Source: an uncultured Spirochaetota bacterium
GTDB lineage: Bacteria; Spirochaetota; Spirochaetia; SZUA-6; Fen-1364
NCBI GenBank assembly: GCA_963820525.1
Contig: CAWGAA010000001.1
Span: forward strand, 2,816,001-2,880,000
Length of the DNA: 64,000 nucleotides
Reading direction: 5' to 3'
Shown here: in pieces, positions 45,699 to 55,492 of the stretch
How the letters are laid out: every line of letters starts with the position of its first letter
Position numbering within the stretch: the stretch's first letter is position 1
Notes under the pieces: model-generated
Database searches by the model: none
Told to the model about the DNA's origin: nothing
Seen by the model: only the letters and a program-made list of their open reading frames with translations
Program-made: the position numbers and the translations under genes

Positions 45699-48491
45699 TC
45701 AGACCCGCTGCATGCCGCAGAGAACCTGGAAATCGCAATAGGAGCAGGCCCGCTTTCCATTGGCGGCGGGAAGGAAGGGAACCTCCGGGGAGACGATCTC
45801 ACGCATGAGGGCGAGGATCACCTCTTCCAGCTCCGGCATCCGCCTCCGCGCTTCCCCCGCATCCGCGAAGAGGGGAACCTCGATTCCCTGGTCGAGAACC
45901 GGACGGCCCAGCAGGAGGAACATCGCGTTTTCCGCCCGCGGCTCGAGCATGAGGTAGAAGGGGAGCTGGAGCGTGGGGATGGCGGCGCTCCAGGTCTCGC
46001 GGTCAGCGGGATCGAGGCGGTCGAATCTGATCCTGTGGGTCTTCGGGTTCGACGACGATTTGTAGTCGACGATCCATCGAAGGCCGTCCCGCTGCTGGAT
46101 CGCGTCGAGCCGGCCCGTAATCTGAAACCCATCCCGCGTCGAAGCCGCCCTCTTTTCCAGCTCGTCCAGTGTTACGCGGTGATCGCGGACGAGATGGGCG
46201 AAATACCCCGAGATGAAGTCCCCGAGGTGGGAGGAAAGCTGCTTTTTCAAGAGCCGCGCCGCGCCGCTTTGCCCGTCCCCGAATCTTTCCCGGAAGAGCT
46301 TTTCCACGAGGGAGTCCATGGCCGGACGATCCGCGTCGGCGGGGGTGAGCTGCCTTCCTTTTCGCGAATCGAAGTAGCGCAACAGTGCTTCGTGGACGAA
46401 CAGCCCGATGTCTGCCTGCTCGATCTCACCCGATGGAGATTCCCGCCTGCCCAGGCCGAGGACGTGGCGGTAATAGAAGGAGAGCGGACAGCGGAGGTAT
46501 GCGTCGAGCGCCGTTGCGCTGAGCTCGCGGCCGCGAAGCCAGGCCGCCACCTCAGCCGTCTTCGTGACGGCCTCCGGCGCTCTTTCCTGGAGGGAGACGG
46601 AGTACTGGATGGGGCGCACCACCGCGCCTGCGTCAACGCTTCCCGCTTCCCTTTCCCTCTCCCACAACAGCCGCTCGGCGAAGCGGGACCTCTCCCGCTC
46701 CCCGCTTTCCACGGAGAACAGGGAAAGCTCGCGGGCCCCGCGGGAGAGGACGTGAAAGTGGTAGGCCGTTATCTCGTCCCTGTCCCTGTAGGTCGGCAGG
46801 CCGAGGGCCGCGCGGACCGCAAGCGGCAGGAGGGTGTCCTCGGCGCCGGAGGCGGGAAGCGATCCCTCGTTGGCGTCCAGAACGAACACGCGTTGGAAGC
46901 GCAGGCACCTCGTCTCCAGGGCTCCGAGGACCTGGAGCCCCCGAAGCGGCGTGCCGGGGAAGGGATGGTAGCGCGTGCTCAGGTAGCGGCGGAACAGGAT
47001 GAAGTAGCCCGTCGAGTCGGAGAAGGATTTGTCGGCGATGAGGGAGCGGGAGATCGTCTCCAGAGACCTGACGAACTCCTCGGAGAACTGGGAGAAGAAC
47101 GGGTGCACGGGAGCCGTGCTCGACTCGGAGATCCACGCGATGAGCTCGATGCACCGCGAGGCAAACTCCTTCACGGTGGGAAACGAGCGGAATCGACGCA
47201 CGGTCCGGTCATGGATGTCGGCCAGGTGCGCGGCGAGCTCCTCGGCGGTCGGGCTCCCCGGTTCCCCTCCAAGGCTGGCGGCCGCCGCGCGCATGAGCTT
47301 TGCGTCCGACTCGATCTCCTCCAGCGATGCGAAGGACATCGTGCGGGACGCTGCCAGACGGTCCTCGATGGCATGGAACAGGACGCGCGTGGTCTCGGCC
47401 GAGCCGCGGTGTCGAATGTTCTTCGTGTAGGGGTGGAGCACGAACGTCAGGTAGTCGGGAATGTAGACCCGCTCCTCATCCATGGAGCCGATAAGCGTCA
47501 TGAGATTCTGGAAGAATCCGTAGAGGGGAGTCCGGTCGAGGGGGTAGCCGAGGGAAACGTTGTAATCCTCCTCGGGGAACCGGCTGAGACAGTGCCTGAG
47601 CAGAGGGAAAAGCGTTTCCGGGGCCGGCAGGATGACGGCAGTCCCCTCATCGGGCGGCGGAAGCGCCGCGCCCAGGGCAAAGACCTGTCCATGGGCGTCC
47701 GGGCTGGAGAAGAAGCGGACCTCGGGCCGGGAGCTTTCCTCAGGGGCGGGATTGCATGCAATGCCGAGCCCGGAAAGTTTCTCCTTCATTCCCGGGCCGT
47801 CCTGGAAGATGAATTGCGAGCCGGGCCATCCCCCCACCCTCTGAAACAGCGCCTTCTCGGCGGCCGTGAGTGAATAGAAGCCGGCCAGGATCACGAACGT
47901 GAATCCCTTCAGGTCTCCGATCTCGATCGTACGGCAGACGGAGGCATAGCGGGACGAGCGCGTGGAAAGCCCCTTCTTCTGCGCGAGGGGGTAGAACTCC
48001 TGGTAGAACCGTGCAAGCTCCCGCAGGCGGTCACGGGAACGGGCCGGAACCTCCGCCTCGATGAGCGGCTGCACCTCCGCCACTTTCCGGTCCTCCACTC
48101 CCTCGATCGTGAGCTCCTCCAGGTCCTGGAAGATCTTCACGCCCAGCGGGAAAAAACTGTCCAGGGACATGAAGCCCGAGCCGCCGATGGGGCGGGGAGC
48201 GGCGAGCTGGATCTCGTGCAGCAGGGCCACCGCGTCTATGTCCTCCATGAGGGGCGCCGCCGCGCCGGTGCGCTCGTCGAAGATGGAGTGAACGAGCTCG
48301 TCCATGGAGAGGATGCGGGGAGGGATGAAGCCCGTCCCGATGGCGCGCGCAAGGCTGCGGCGCAGGAAGTGGGCGGGACGCTTGCCCGGAAAGACCACAA
48401 GAACGTCGGAGAGGTCCTGGCCGCGTCCGTCCATGAGGGAGGCGACCTCGTCGATCAGGTCCGCCGCGGCGGGGATCAGGGTGGCGTTCAT
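45699..48491 (-). CDS. addB: AddB-like PD-(D/E)XK nuclease subunit with probable Fe-S cluster
   Basis: VFPGKRP, LQVLGALETR, YLRCP, GRLDAI...VDYKS and CSYCDFQVLC. Confidence 0.85.
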   Translation of the reverse strand: MNATLIPAAADLIDEVASLMDGRGQDLSDVLVVFPGKRPAHFLRRSLARAIGTGFIPPRILSMDELVHSIFDERTGAAAPLMEDIDAVALLHEIQLAAPRPIGGSGFMSLDSFFPLGVKIFQDLEELTIEGVEDRKVAEVQPLIEAEVPARSRDRLRELARFYQEFYPLAQKKGLSTRSSRYASVCRTIEIGDLKGFTFVILAGFYSLTAAEKALFQRVGGWPGSQFIFQDGPGMKEKLSGLGIACNPAPEESSRPEVRFFSSPDAHGQVFALGAALPPPDEGTAVILPAPETLFPLLRHCLSRFPEEDYNVSLGYPLDRTPLYGFFQNLMTLIGSMDEERVYIPDYLTFVLHPYTKNIRHRGSAETTRVLFHAIEDRLAASRTMSFASLEEIESDAKLMRAAAASLGGEPGSPTAEELAAHLADIHDRTVRRFRSFPTVKEFASRCIELIAWISESSTAPVHPFFSQFSEEFVRSLETISRSLIADKSFSDSTGYFILFRRYLSTRYHPFPGTPLRGLQVLGALETRCLRFQRVFVLDANEGSLPASGAEDTLLPLAVRAALGLPTYRDRDEITAYHFHVLSRGARELSLFSVESGERERSRFAERLLWEREREAGSVDAGAVVRPIQYSVSLQERAPEAVTKTAEVAAWLRGRELSATALDAYLRCPLSFYYRHVLGLGRRESPSGEIEQADIGLFVHEALLRYFDSRKGRQLTPADADRPAMDSLVEKLFRERFGDGQSGAARLLKKQLSSHLGDFISGYFAHLVRDHRVTLDELEKRAASTRDGFQITGRLDAIQQRDGLRWIVDYKSSSNPKTHRIRFDRLDPADRETWSAAIPTLQLPFYLMLEPRAENAMFLLLGRPVLDQGIEVPLFADAGEARRRMPELEEVILALMREIVSPEVPFLPAANGKRACSYCDFQVLCGMQRV

Positions 48492-51400
48492 GTCACCTTC
48501 CTCACGTCCCCGAGGTCGGTGTAGACCAGATGGGCCTCGATGCTCTTCCCCGGATACACGGCTTCAAGGATTGCGGCGTACACGCGCATCTGCTCGTCGT
48601 GCTCCGCTTCCGCGCCCCTCTCCGTTCCCGTCTTGAAATCCAGGAGCGTCACGCGGTCCGCATCGATCACCAGGCGGTCCATCCTGTACAGCCTGCCCGC
48701 CGCGTCGGAGAACTCCCGCTCCGCGAAAACCGACCTCCCTGCCCGCCGCTCGAAAAAGGGGGAAAGCCGAGGGGCCCGGATCAATTTCGCCATGCTCGGG
48801 AGCAGCCCCTGCTCCACCTCCTCCATCCGGGCTTCCCGAACGGCCCGCAGGGCAGCCTGCCGGAGCTTTTCATCGAGATCGCCATCGGCGTACGGGATGA
48901 GCGAAAAGATGCGGTGCACGAGCTCTCCCCGCCCGCGCTCCTTCAAAGCCAGATGCGCCCTTCCCGGCGACGGCTGGATGGGACGGATGTCGTGGAGCAG
49001 GGGCGCCCTCTGCTCGGCGAGCGCCGGCTCGCTTCGGGCGGGTCCCTTCTCCGCCTTGGGCGCGAAGAGCGACTCGGGAAGGAGGTCGAAGGGATAGGTA
49101 TCGCCGTCTCTCTTGACGCCGATCACGTACAGCTCGCTCATTGCCCTGGTGAGGGCCACGTAGAGGGCATTGAGGCGGTTGACCTTTTCCCGCGTCGCCT
49201 CATCCTCGTAGAGGGAGGCGAGCTCGGGATCCCGAGCCGCTATCTCACGGCTGAGCTTCACAAGGCCGAGCCCCTGCGCATCCCTGATCGGCGTATAGGC
49301 GAATCCCTTGGCGCGCTCCCCGTAGAGAAGCACCACAGTGACGGGGAAGCCCAGCCCCTTTGCCTTGTGGATGGTCATGGCGCGCACCGAGTCGGCCTCC
49401 CGCGGCACATCGATGGCCCATTGTCCCGCCTCCGATGTCGGCTCCGAGGCGGTGGCCAGGAAGTCGCGAAGGCTGTTCGAGCCGGAGCCTTCGAAGTCCT
49501 TGACCGTCTCCAACAGCTTGGCGAGCGTCGCCTCCTCCTCCGGCGCCAGGTCGAACATGCCGAACACGCAGAAGATCTCGCTTGCAAGATCGTAGAGGGG
49601 AAGGTAGCCGGCGGAGCGGAAAAGCCCGGAGAAGTATCGGCCCCAGAGCTCGGGATACGTCCTCTGGAAGCTCTTGTACAGCGGCCGCTCTTCCCTGGCC
49701 TGGAAGAGCAGGAGGTGGAGGGGATCATTGGCCGGCCAGCCCTCACGGCGGAGGCATCTCAGGAAAAGCTCTCCCAGGATGAACGAGGCGAATGCAAGGT
49801 CGTCCGGCGGGGAATCGAGAAAGCGAAGGAGGGAGATGATCTCCCCTGAAATCCTTCTGCGGCGCACATCGAGGCTGCTGAAGGAGATGAAGGGGATCTG
49901 CTCTTCGTTCAGCCAGGAGGTGGCGCGCAGCACGTCCTCGTTTCGGGGAGCCAGGAGCGCAATGTCCCCCCAGCGGTAGCCCCTGGCGTGGAGCTCGCGC
50001 ATGACGGACTGGAGCTTGACGCGCTCGGGGGGATCCTCGTCGTCACGCGGCAGAACAACCACCTCCGCGTATCCCGGGTCTTCAGTTTGCCGGGCCTCCT
50101 GGGTCCAGTGGTCCAGGCCGCTCGCCGCGGCCGCCCGCCGGTAGCAGTCCATGGCCGGCGCGTTGCGCTTGAAGATCTCCTCGGAGAGCCTGATGATCCG
50201 CGGGCGGCTCCTGTAGTTGACCTCGAGCTCCCGAACCTCGTGGCGCGCCGAGGGGAAGCGGCTTTCTGTTTCCAGCATCCTCATGATGGTGTAATCGGCC
50301 TGCCGGAACCCGTAGATAGCCTGCTTGGTGTCCCCCACCACGAAGAGGCTTCCCCCTTCGGAGAGGGAGTTCTCGATCAGGGGAAAAAGGTTCCGCCATT
50401 GGATGGGCGAGGTGTCCTGGAACTCGTCGATGAGGAAATGGCAGATCCTTTCGCCCAGGCGGAAGTAGATTTCGGGCACGATCTCGGCGCCGAGGTATTC
50501 CCCGAGCCTGCGGCTGATGTCCCCGATGAAGACCCTGGCCTGGTTCCTCTTCACCCGCTCGAGGGTTTCGCCCAGCCCCGCGTGGAGGCGGAGGTAGGGC
50601 AGGTAGTAGGACCGCGCCCATAAACCCGCATAGCGGCTGACAAGGAGGTCGACCTCCTCCCAGGCCGCCTTGATCCGCTGGTAGGCATCGAGGCGGTCCC
50701 GGGCCGAGGGCTTTTTCACCGGGGCAAGCTTCATTCCCTTCGCGATGAGCTCGCCGAAGCGGCCCGCCCGAGCGGCTGCCAGAGACGCGGGGAACGTGGA
50801 CTTCACGGTCGGCTCCAGGCCGGATGCGTCCACCTGGCGCTTGAGATCCTCCAGGCTGCCGAGAACCCGCTCTTCCGCCTCGCGCATGTCCCCGGAGAGG
50901 TCCACGGGGCGGACGCTTCCTTCCAGGGCGGAAAGCTTGCCCTCGAGCGCTCTCATCTCCTCCAGGAGGGGCCGGGTGGGATCCCAGGGAAACCGCTCGC
51001 CCTCGGTCTGGAACGCCAGGACCATGGAGATGACCTGGTCCAGGAGCGCCGCGCGCTCGCTTCCTTCCCGTGCGTCGCGCAGGTAGAGGCTGAAGGCATA
51101 GTCGATGAGGGGGTCAGGATCCAGGAGGATCTCGAACTCGGGGCTGAAGCCGAAGTCGAGGGCCGAGGAGCGGAACACCGTGGCCATGAAGCTGTCGATG
51201 GTTCGGATCTGAAAGTCGCTGTAGCGGTCGAAGATCTCCTCGATGAGCTCCGTGGAGCGCCGCCGGGCGAACTGCTCGCCCCCCGTGGTGATGGAGGTGA
51301 TATCGGCCGTGCGCCCGGCATCCGCGAGGGAGAGGAGCTTCAGCCACTCCAGGACCTTTTCCTTCATTTCGCGGGAAGCATTGTTTGAAAAGGTTATCGC

Positions 51401-51556
51401 CAGGGTGTTTAGAAGGTCGTTCTTGGGGATCTCGCGCGAGAGGAGAAACTGAACGCAGCGCCGGGTGAGGGTATAGGTCTTTCCCGAGCCGGCGGAGGCT
51501 TTTATCACGGTGACTGCGGGGAGGCGGATCAGGGTATCGGGCTCGAGCACGGACAC
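48488..51556 (-). CDS. addA: AddA-like UvrD helicase/nuclease
   Basis: ASAGSGKT, IDEFQD, VGDTKQAIYGFR, NYRS, TIHKAKGL, YVALTRA and nuclease motif RMDRL...DFKTG. Confidence 0.9.
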   Translation of the reverse strand: MSVLEPDTLIRLPAVTVIKASAGSGKTYTLTRRCVQFLLSREIPKNDLLNTLAITFSNNASREMKEKVLEWLKLLSLADAGRTADITSITTGGEQFARRRSTELIEEIFDRYSDFQIRTIDSFMATVFRSSALDFGFSPEFEILLDPDPLIDYAFSLYLRDAREGSERAALLDQVISMVLAFQTEGERFPWDPTRPLLEEMRALEGKLSALEGSVRPVDLSGDMREAEERVLGSLEDLKRQVDASGLEPTVKSTFPASLAAARAGRFGELIAKGMKLAPVKKPSARDRLDAYQRIKAAWEEVDLLVSRYAGLWARSYYLPYLRLHAGLGETLERVKRNQARVFIGDISRRLGEYLGAEIVPEIYFRLGERICHFLIDEFQDTSPIQWRNLFPLIENSLSEGGSLFVVGDTKQAIYGFRQADYTIMRMLETESRFPSARHEVRELEVNYRSRPRIIRLSEEIFKRNAPAMDCYRRAAAASGLDHWTQEARQTEDPGYAEVVVLPRDDEDPPERVKLQSVMRELHARGYRWGDIALLAPRNEDVLRATSWLNEEQIPFISFSSLDVRRRRISGEIISLLRFLDSPPDDLAFASFILGELFLRCLRREGWPANDPLHLLLFQAREERPLYKSFQRTYPELWGRYFSGLFRSAGYLPLYDLASEIFCVFGMFDLAPEEEATLAKLLETVKDFEGSGSNSLRDFLATASEPTSEAGQWAIDVPREADSVRAMTIHKAKGLGFPVTVVLLYGERAKGFAYTPIRDAQGLGLVKLSREIAARDPELASLYEDEATREKVNRLNALYVALTRAMSELYVIGVKRDGDTYPFDLLPESLFAPKAEKGPARSEPALAEQRAPLLHDIRPIQPSPGRAHLALKERGRGELVHRIFSLIPYADGDLDEKLRQAALRAVREARMEEVEQGLLPSMAKLIRAPRLSPFFERRAGRSVFAEREFSDAAGRLYRMDRLVIDADRVTLLDFKTGTERGAEAEHDEQMRVYAAILEAVYPGKSIEAHLVYTDLGDVRKVT

Positions 51557-51689
51557 GGCGGCTCATGATAGTCGCCCCGCTCTCCGTTGACAAGCGAAAA
51601 GGAGCGGGCTTGAATCAAAAAGCTCCGCAAACCCTGACATAATGGTGTCAAGCCGCCGTGCGATACTGGCGCGAGAAAGGAGAATCGAT

Positions 51690-52274
51690 ATGTCTCGGGC
51701 TCTCTACCAGATCCAGGAAATCGGCCGGAACGTGAAAAGGATTGCCGGCGTGGAAGTTGAAAAGAAGGTAATGGAGGGAAGCGAAAAGCTCGGCGCCTCG
51801 GCGAAGCCGCCGAAGCCGGCGCAGTGGGCCAAAGGAGCCATGGAGAGGCTGGATGCCTCCGTGGACGGGGAGACGAGGAGCCGGATCATGCGGGAGTGCG
51901 GCCGCAACTGCGCCAAGAAGAACAAGCTCTCCATCCAGAGGGGCAAGGCTCGACGCAAGAAGTTCGCAAGCGAGGAGGAGTTCCTTGCGGCCGAGCAGGA
52001 GAACCCCCAGAAGGGCACCCGCCTGGAGAGAAAGGGCGAACCCCTGATCCAGGTCTACACGCCGCGAGAGTATACGCGGCCCATGAGGTGCTACTGCGGC
52101 CTGATGTCGGGCCTGCCGGAGAGCGAGACGGTGTCTCCAACCTACTGCCAATGCTCATGCGGCTTCGTTGAAGCGTACTGGGAAGGCGTTCTGGGGCGGT
52201 CCGTGGATGTAGCGCTCCTCCACTCCGCCGTTTCCGGCGCCAGGGAGTGTGCGTTCAGGATCCGCCTGTCCTAG
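51690..52274 (+). CDS. Cys-rich hypothetical protein (DUF6144-like)
   Basis: CGRNC, CYC, YCQCSCG and ECAF; AAGGAG RBS. Confidence 0.65.
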   Translation: MSRALYQIQEIGRNVKRIAGVEVEKKVMEGSEKLGASAKPPKPAQWAKGAMERLDASVDGETRSRIMRECGRNCAKKNKLSIQRGKARRKKFASEEEFLAAEQENPQKGTRLERKGEPLIQVYTPREYTRPMRCYCGLMSGLPESETVSPTYCQCSCGFVEAYWEGVLGRSVDVALLHSAVSGARECAFRIRLS

Positions 52275-52334
52275 CCGGCGGGGCCGGGCGCCTCGCCCCA
52301 TCGCGATGCCCATTCCCGCGATCACGCGGAGGAC

Positions 52335-52727
52335 TCAATCCTTGAGCAGGCGGAAAACGAGCTCTTGAGGGACGTCCTCCCTGCCCGTGTAGCCGAGATC
52401 CGCCCAATCGGCAATCGCCTTCAGCTTGGTCTGCACAGGGGTGCTGGGAAGAAGCCGGGGCGAACCCGATGCCCTCCCCTCGATCTCGGCCTGATAGGCT
52501 TCTATCCACGATTGGAGGAGCACCTCCACAGCAAGCCCCTTCCGGCGTGCCACCTCTTCCAGGACGCGGCTGTGGAAATCGGGCAGGTCTATCTGAACGA
52601 GACGGCGGCTCTGCTTCCGCCATATCGGCGAGGGATCCACCACGCTGAGCTCAGAGCGCAGGGTGACGAACATCCGCTCGGCCGCTGGAAGAATCGTGTT
52701 GGGCAGGAGGAGGCGATAGGACTTCAT
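52335..52727 (-). CDS. Hypothetical protein
   Basis: 130-aa ORF starting 4 bp after the CDF stop, with a GAGG RBS. Confidence 0.55.
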   Translation of the reverse strand: MKSYRLLLPNTILPAAERMFVTLRSELSVVDPSPIWRKQSRRLVQIDLPDFHSRVLEEVARRKGLAVEVLLQSWIEAYQAEIEGRASGSPRLLPSTPVQTKLKAIADWADLGYTGREDVPQELVFRLLKD

Positions 52728-52731
52728 GGCG

Positions 52732-53643
52732 CTACCTCGCCCGCCATGCTGCCGGGCGCGCTGCCTCCGTCGGACCCTGCTTGTGCGACGGCTCGATGTG
52801 GATGGTGGGTTCAGCCCCGAGATCCCTTCGGATCGCCTCTTCCAGGCGGGAGGCCAGGAGGTGAGCGTCGTTCAGCGGCATGTCGGGCGGAAGGTCCAGG
52901 TGGAAGGTGAGCTCCGTGTGCTCGCCGTAGGTATGCACGTGGAGGTGATGGAAGTTGGTGGCTAAGGGAGTCACGGCAAGGATGATCTGGTGCAGCCGCT
53001 GCTCGAGATCCGGTGAGGGCCTTTCCCCCAGAAGAGACGTGGCGGCGCTGCGCAGAATGTCGACAGCCGCGTAGAGGATGAGAAGCGATACCGCGATGCC
53101 CATGGCGCCGTCTATCCACCAGATCCATTTTCCGAACAGGGCGCCAACCACGATGAGGCCGGAGGCGACGGCGTCGCTCCTGTGGTGCCAGGCGTCGGCC
53201 TTGAGAGAGGAGGAGTTGATCTTGCGCCCCGCCCAATAGGAGAACTGCGCAAGGGCTTCCTTGATGAGGACTGAAGCCGTGAAGACAATGATGGCGGACA
53301 TGCCGAAGCTCGCGGCCTGGAAGTGGCGGAGCCGAATGATGGATTCACGGATGAAATCGGCGCCCACGACTGCTAGGAGCACGGCGATGATCACCGCGCC
53401 GATGGGTTCCGCGCGGCCGTGGCCGAAGGGATGGCCGGTATCCGCCGGGCGCGAGGCGATGAAGAATCCCACGATGACCACGATGGACGTGAGGGTGTCG
53501 GAGAGGGTGTGCCAGGCGTCGGCGATCATTGCCACGGAGCCGAAACGGCTTCCGGCCCAGTACTTGATGCCGAAGAGAGCGGTGTTGATGACGACGGACG
53601 CCCACCCTTCGATGTAGCCGAGGGAGCGTGAGCCCGCTTTCAC
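52732..53643 (-). CDS. Cation diffusion facilitator family transporter
   Basis: ADAWHTLSD, HPFGHGRAE, ADAWHHRSD and IHIEP; GTG start after AAGGAGG. Confidence 0.92.
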   Translation of the reverse strand: MKAGSRSLGYIEGWASVVINTALFGIKYWAGSRFGSVAMIADAWHTLSDTLTSIVVIVGFFIASRPADTGHPFGHGRAEPIGAVIIAVLLAVVGADFIRESIIRLRHFQAASFGMSAIIVFTASVLIKEALAQFSYWAGRKINSSSLKADAWHHRSDAVASGLIVVGALFGKWIWWIDGAMGIAVSLLILYAAVDILRSAATSLLGERPSPDLEQRLHQIILAVTPLATNFHHLHVHTYGEHTELTFHLDLPPDMPLNDAHLLASRLEEAIRRDLGAEPTIHIEPSHKQGPTEAARPAAWRAR

Positions 53644-53746
53644 AAAACCTCCTTGAAAAAAACGAATCCGACGATGATAGGCCGCCCGGCATTGGCTGTC
53701 AAGCGCGCCGGCATGGTATATAGTGGTGCTCTCGGGGGAGGAAAAC

Positions 53747-54385
53747 ATGGCGATGAAGTCTGATGGCAGGGCCCTTCTCGTCATAGACATGCAGAACGAT
53801 TTCTGCCCCGGGGGCAGCCTCGCCGTGGAGCAGGGTGACGAGGTGGTGCCCGTGATCAACGCTCTCATGGCGGGATTCTCCCGCGTGGTGGCGACCCAGG
53901 ACTGGCACCCCGCGGACCACGTTTCCTTCGCCTCCAGCCACGAGGGCAGGAAGGTTCTGGATACCATCGAGGCAGAAGGCATCCGCCAGGTGCTCTGGCC
54001 GGACCACTGCATTGCGGGCACGCGCGGAGCGGAGCTGCATCCCCGGTTGGACACGCGCGGGATCGGGCTCATGCTCAGGAAGGGCATGCGGCGCGGCCTC
54101 GATTCGTACTCCGCCTTTTTCGAAAACGACAAGAAAACGGAGACGGGGCTCGCGCACTACCTCAAGGGCTTCAAGATCAGGGAGGTGTTCGTCTGCGGTC
54201 TTGCCACGGACTACTGCGTGTTTTCAACCGCCATGGATGCGAGGAGGCTGGGTTTCACCGTCACCGTGATACCCGATGCCTGCCGCGGCGTGGACTTCCC
54301 CCGGGGCAATATCGAGCTGTCCCTGGCTGAGATGAGGAAGGCCGGAGTGCTTTTAAAGGAATCCACGAAGCTCGACGGGCGGTAA
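53747..54385 (+). CDS. pncA: Nicotinamidase/pyrazinamidase
   Basis: IDMQNDFCPGGSL, QDWHP, WPDHC, DSYSAF and GLATDYCV. Confidence 0.93.
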   Translation: MAMKSDGRALLVIDMQNDFCPGGSLAVEQGDEVVPVINALMAGFSRVVATQDWHPADHVSFASSHEGRKVLDTIEAEGIRQVLWPDHCIAGTRGAELHPRLDTRGIGLMLRKGMRRGLDSYSAFFENDKKTETGLAHYLKGFKIREVFVCGLATDYCVFSTAMDARRLGFTVTVIPDACRGVDFPRGNIELSLAEMRKAGVLLKESTKLDGR

Positions 54386-54415
54386 AAAAAGGCGGCCGGC
54401 AGGGCGCCGGCCGCC
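54384..54415 (-). terminator. Intrinsic terminator between convergent genes
   Basis: A7 followed by GGCGGCCGGC-AGGGC-GCCGGCCGCC. Confidence 0.72.
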
Positions 54416-54422
54416 TGGGTTC

Positions 54423-54851
54423 TCATGCCTTTTGCTCTTTCGGGCCTTCCTCCTCGCTTTTTCTCTTCTCCACGTAGCGGTCGAACGCCTCTTTGCCCTC
54501 TTTTTCCCAGAAATCGCGATAGTAGCGCCACCTGTTCTTTTCATCCTGGGCATCCCAGGGTCCGTGCCGCCTCCAGGGTCCGTGCCCGCCCCCGGGACCA
54601 TGCCGGCCGGGGCCGATGGCCCCGAAGATCAGCTTGGCCAGGATGATGATGCCGAACGCCTGCCAGAAGCCGATCTCCACCAGATGGAATATCGAGGGCA
54701 TCAGCCAGTTCCACAACAGCATCACGAACCAGCCGAAGGCCAGGGCGAATACGGCCGCGCCAACGACGCCGAGAAGCACGAAGCCGATGATGCGCAGCGC
54801 TCTCTGCCCCGGGGCATGGCCGTGCCAAATGAATTTCGAATCGCTCATCAT
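54423..54851 (-). CDS. Small membrane protein coupled to the ECF sigma factor
   Basis: LLWNWLMPSIF...FWQAFG...AKLIFG; AAGGAGG RBS and ATGA overlap. Confidence 0.7.
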   Translation of the reverse strand: MMSDSKFIWHGHAPGQRALRIIGFVLLGVVGAAVFALAFGWFVMLLWNWLMPSIFHLVEIGFWQAFGIIILAKLIFGAIGPGRHGPGGGHGPWRRHGPWDAQDEKNRWRYYRDFWEKEGKEAFDRYVEKRKSEEEGPKEQKA

Positions 54852-55408
54852 AATCCTCCTTGAGTTTCCATTTCTTCCAAGAGCGTGGAGCGCAGGGAAT
54901 GCATGGCTCTGTGCTTGCGCGCCAGAAGCGTTCCGATCGGCGTCCCCCACTGCTCCGAGAGCTCGCGGAACTTCCTCCCCTCCAGCTCCGTGGCAACCAC
55001 AACGGCCCGCTGGTCCGAGGGAAGTCCTTCGATGGCGGCGAAGATCATCTCGCGGATCTCGGCCTTCTCTTCCTCCGCCGAGGCTTCGAAGCGCAGGTCC
55101 TCGATCACGTCGAGGAGGCTCTCACCCTCGTCGTCGGCTCCTCTGGCATCCAGCGACACCGTGCGCCGCGAGGCGCGGTAGCCGTCCACGATGCGGTTTC
55201 GAAGCGCGCGGTACACGTACGCGGAAACGTCCGCGATCGGATCCGTCACGTCGGCCCTCTCGAAGATGCCCGCGATCACGTCCTGCACGATGTCTTCCGC
55301 GTCCCTGTCCGCCTCGTCGGAGATCCAGGCCCGCACGTACGCTACAAGCCTTCCCCATTCGCGGGAGAGGAACTCGGAGAACCGTTTTCTCTGCTTCTCC
55401 GCGCTCAC
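54848..55408 (-). CDS. ECF RNA polymerase sigma factor
   Basis: DAEDIVQDV, RNRIVDGYR and region 4 LPSDQRAVV...GTPIGTLLARKHRA. Confidence 0.88.
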   Translation of the reverse strand: MSAEKQRKRFSEFLSREWGRLVAYVRAWISDEADRDAEDIVQDVIAGIFERADVTDPIADVSAYVYRALRNRIVDGYRASRRTVSLDARGADDEGESLLDVIEDLRFEASAEEEKAEIREMIFAAIEGLPSDQRAVVVATELEGRKFRELSEQWGTPIGTLLARKHRAMHSLRSTLLEEMETQGGL

Positions 55409-55492
55409 GCATTCAATGACGATAAAGCGCGCCCTTTATTGCAAGGGCTCCGGCTCTTGCCTCTGCGGCTCCGGCGGGGCACTATCGGGGGC

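Noticed and set aside
45699..46520. Cas4-like Fe-S nuclease suggesting a CRISPR or casposon locus
   Set aside because: It is the C-terminal domain of an AddB-like protein coupled to AddA; no cas1, cas2 or array.
46035..49849. 612-aa and 439-aa plus-strand ORFs over addB and addA
   Set aside because: Antisense shadows of long GC-rich genes.
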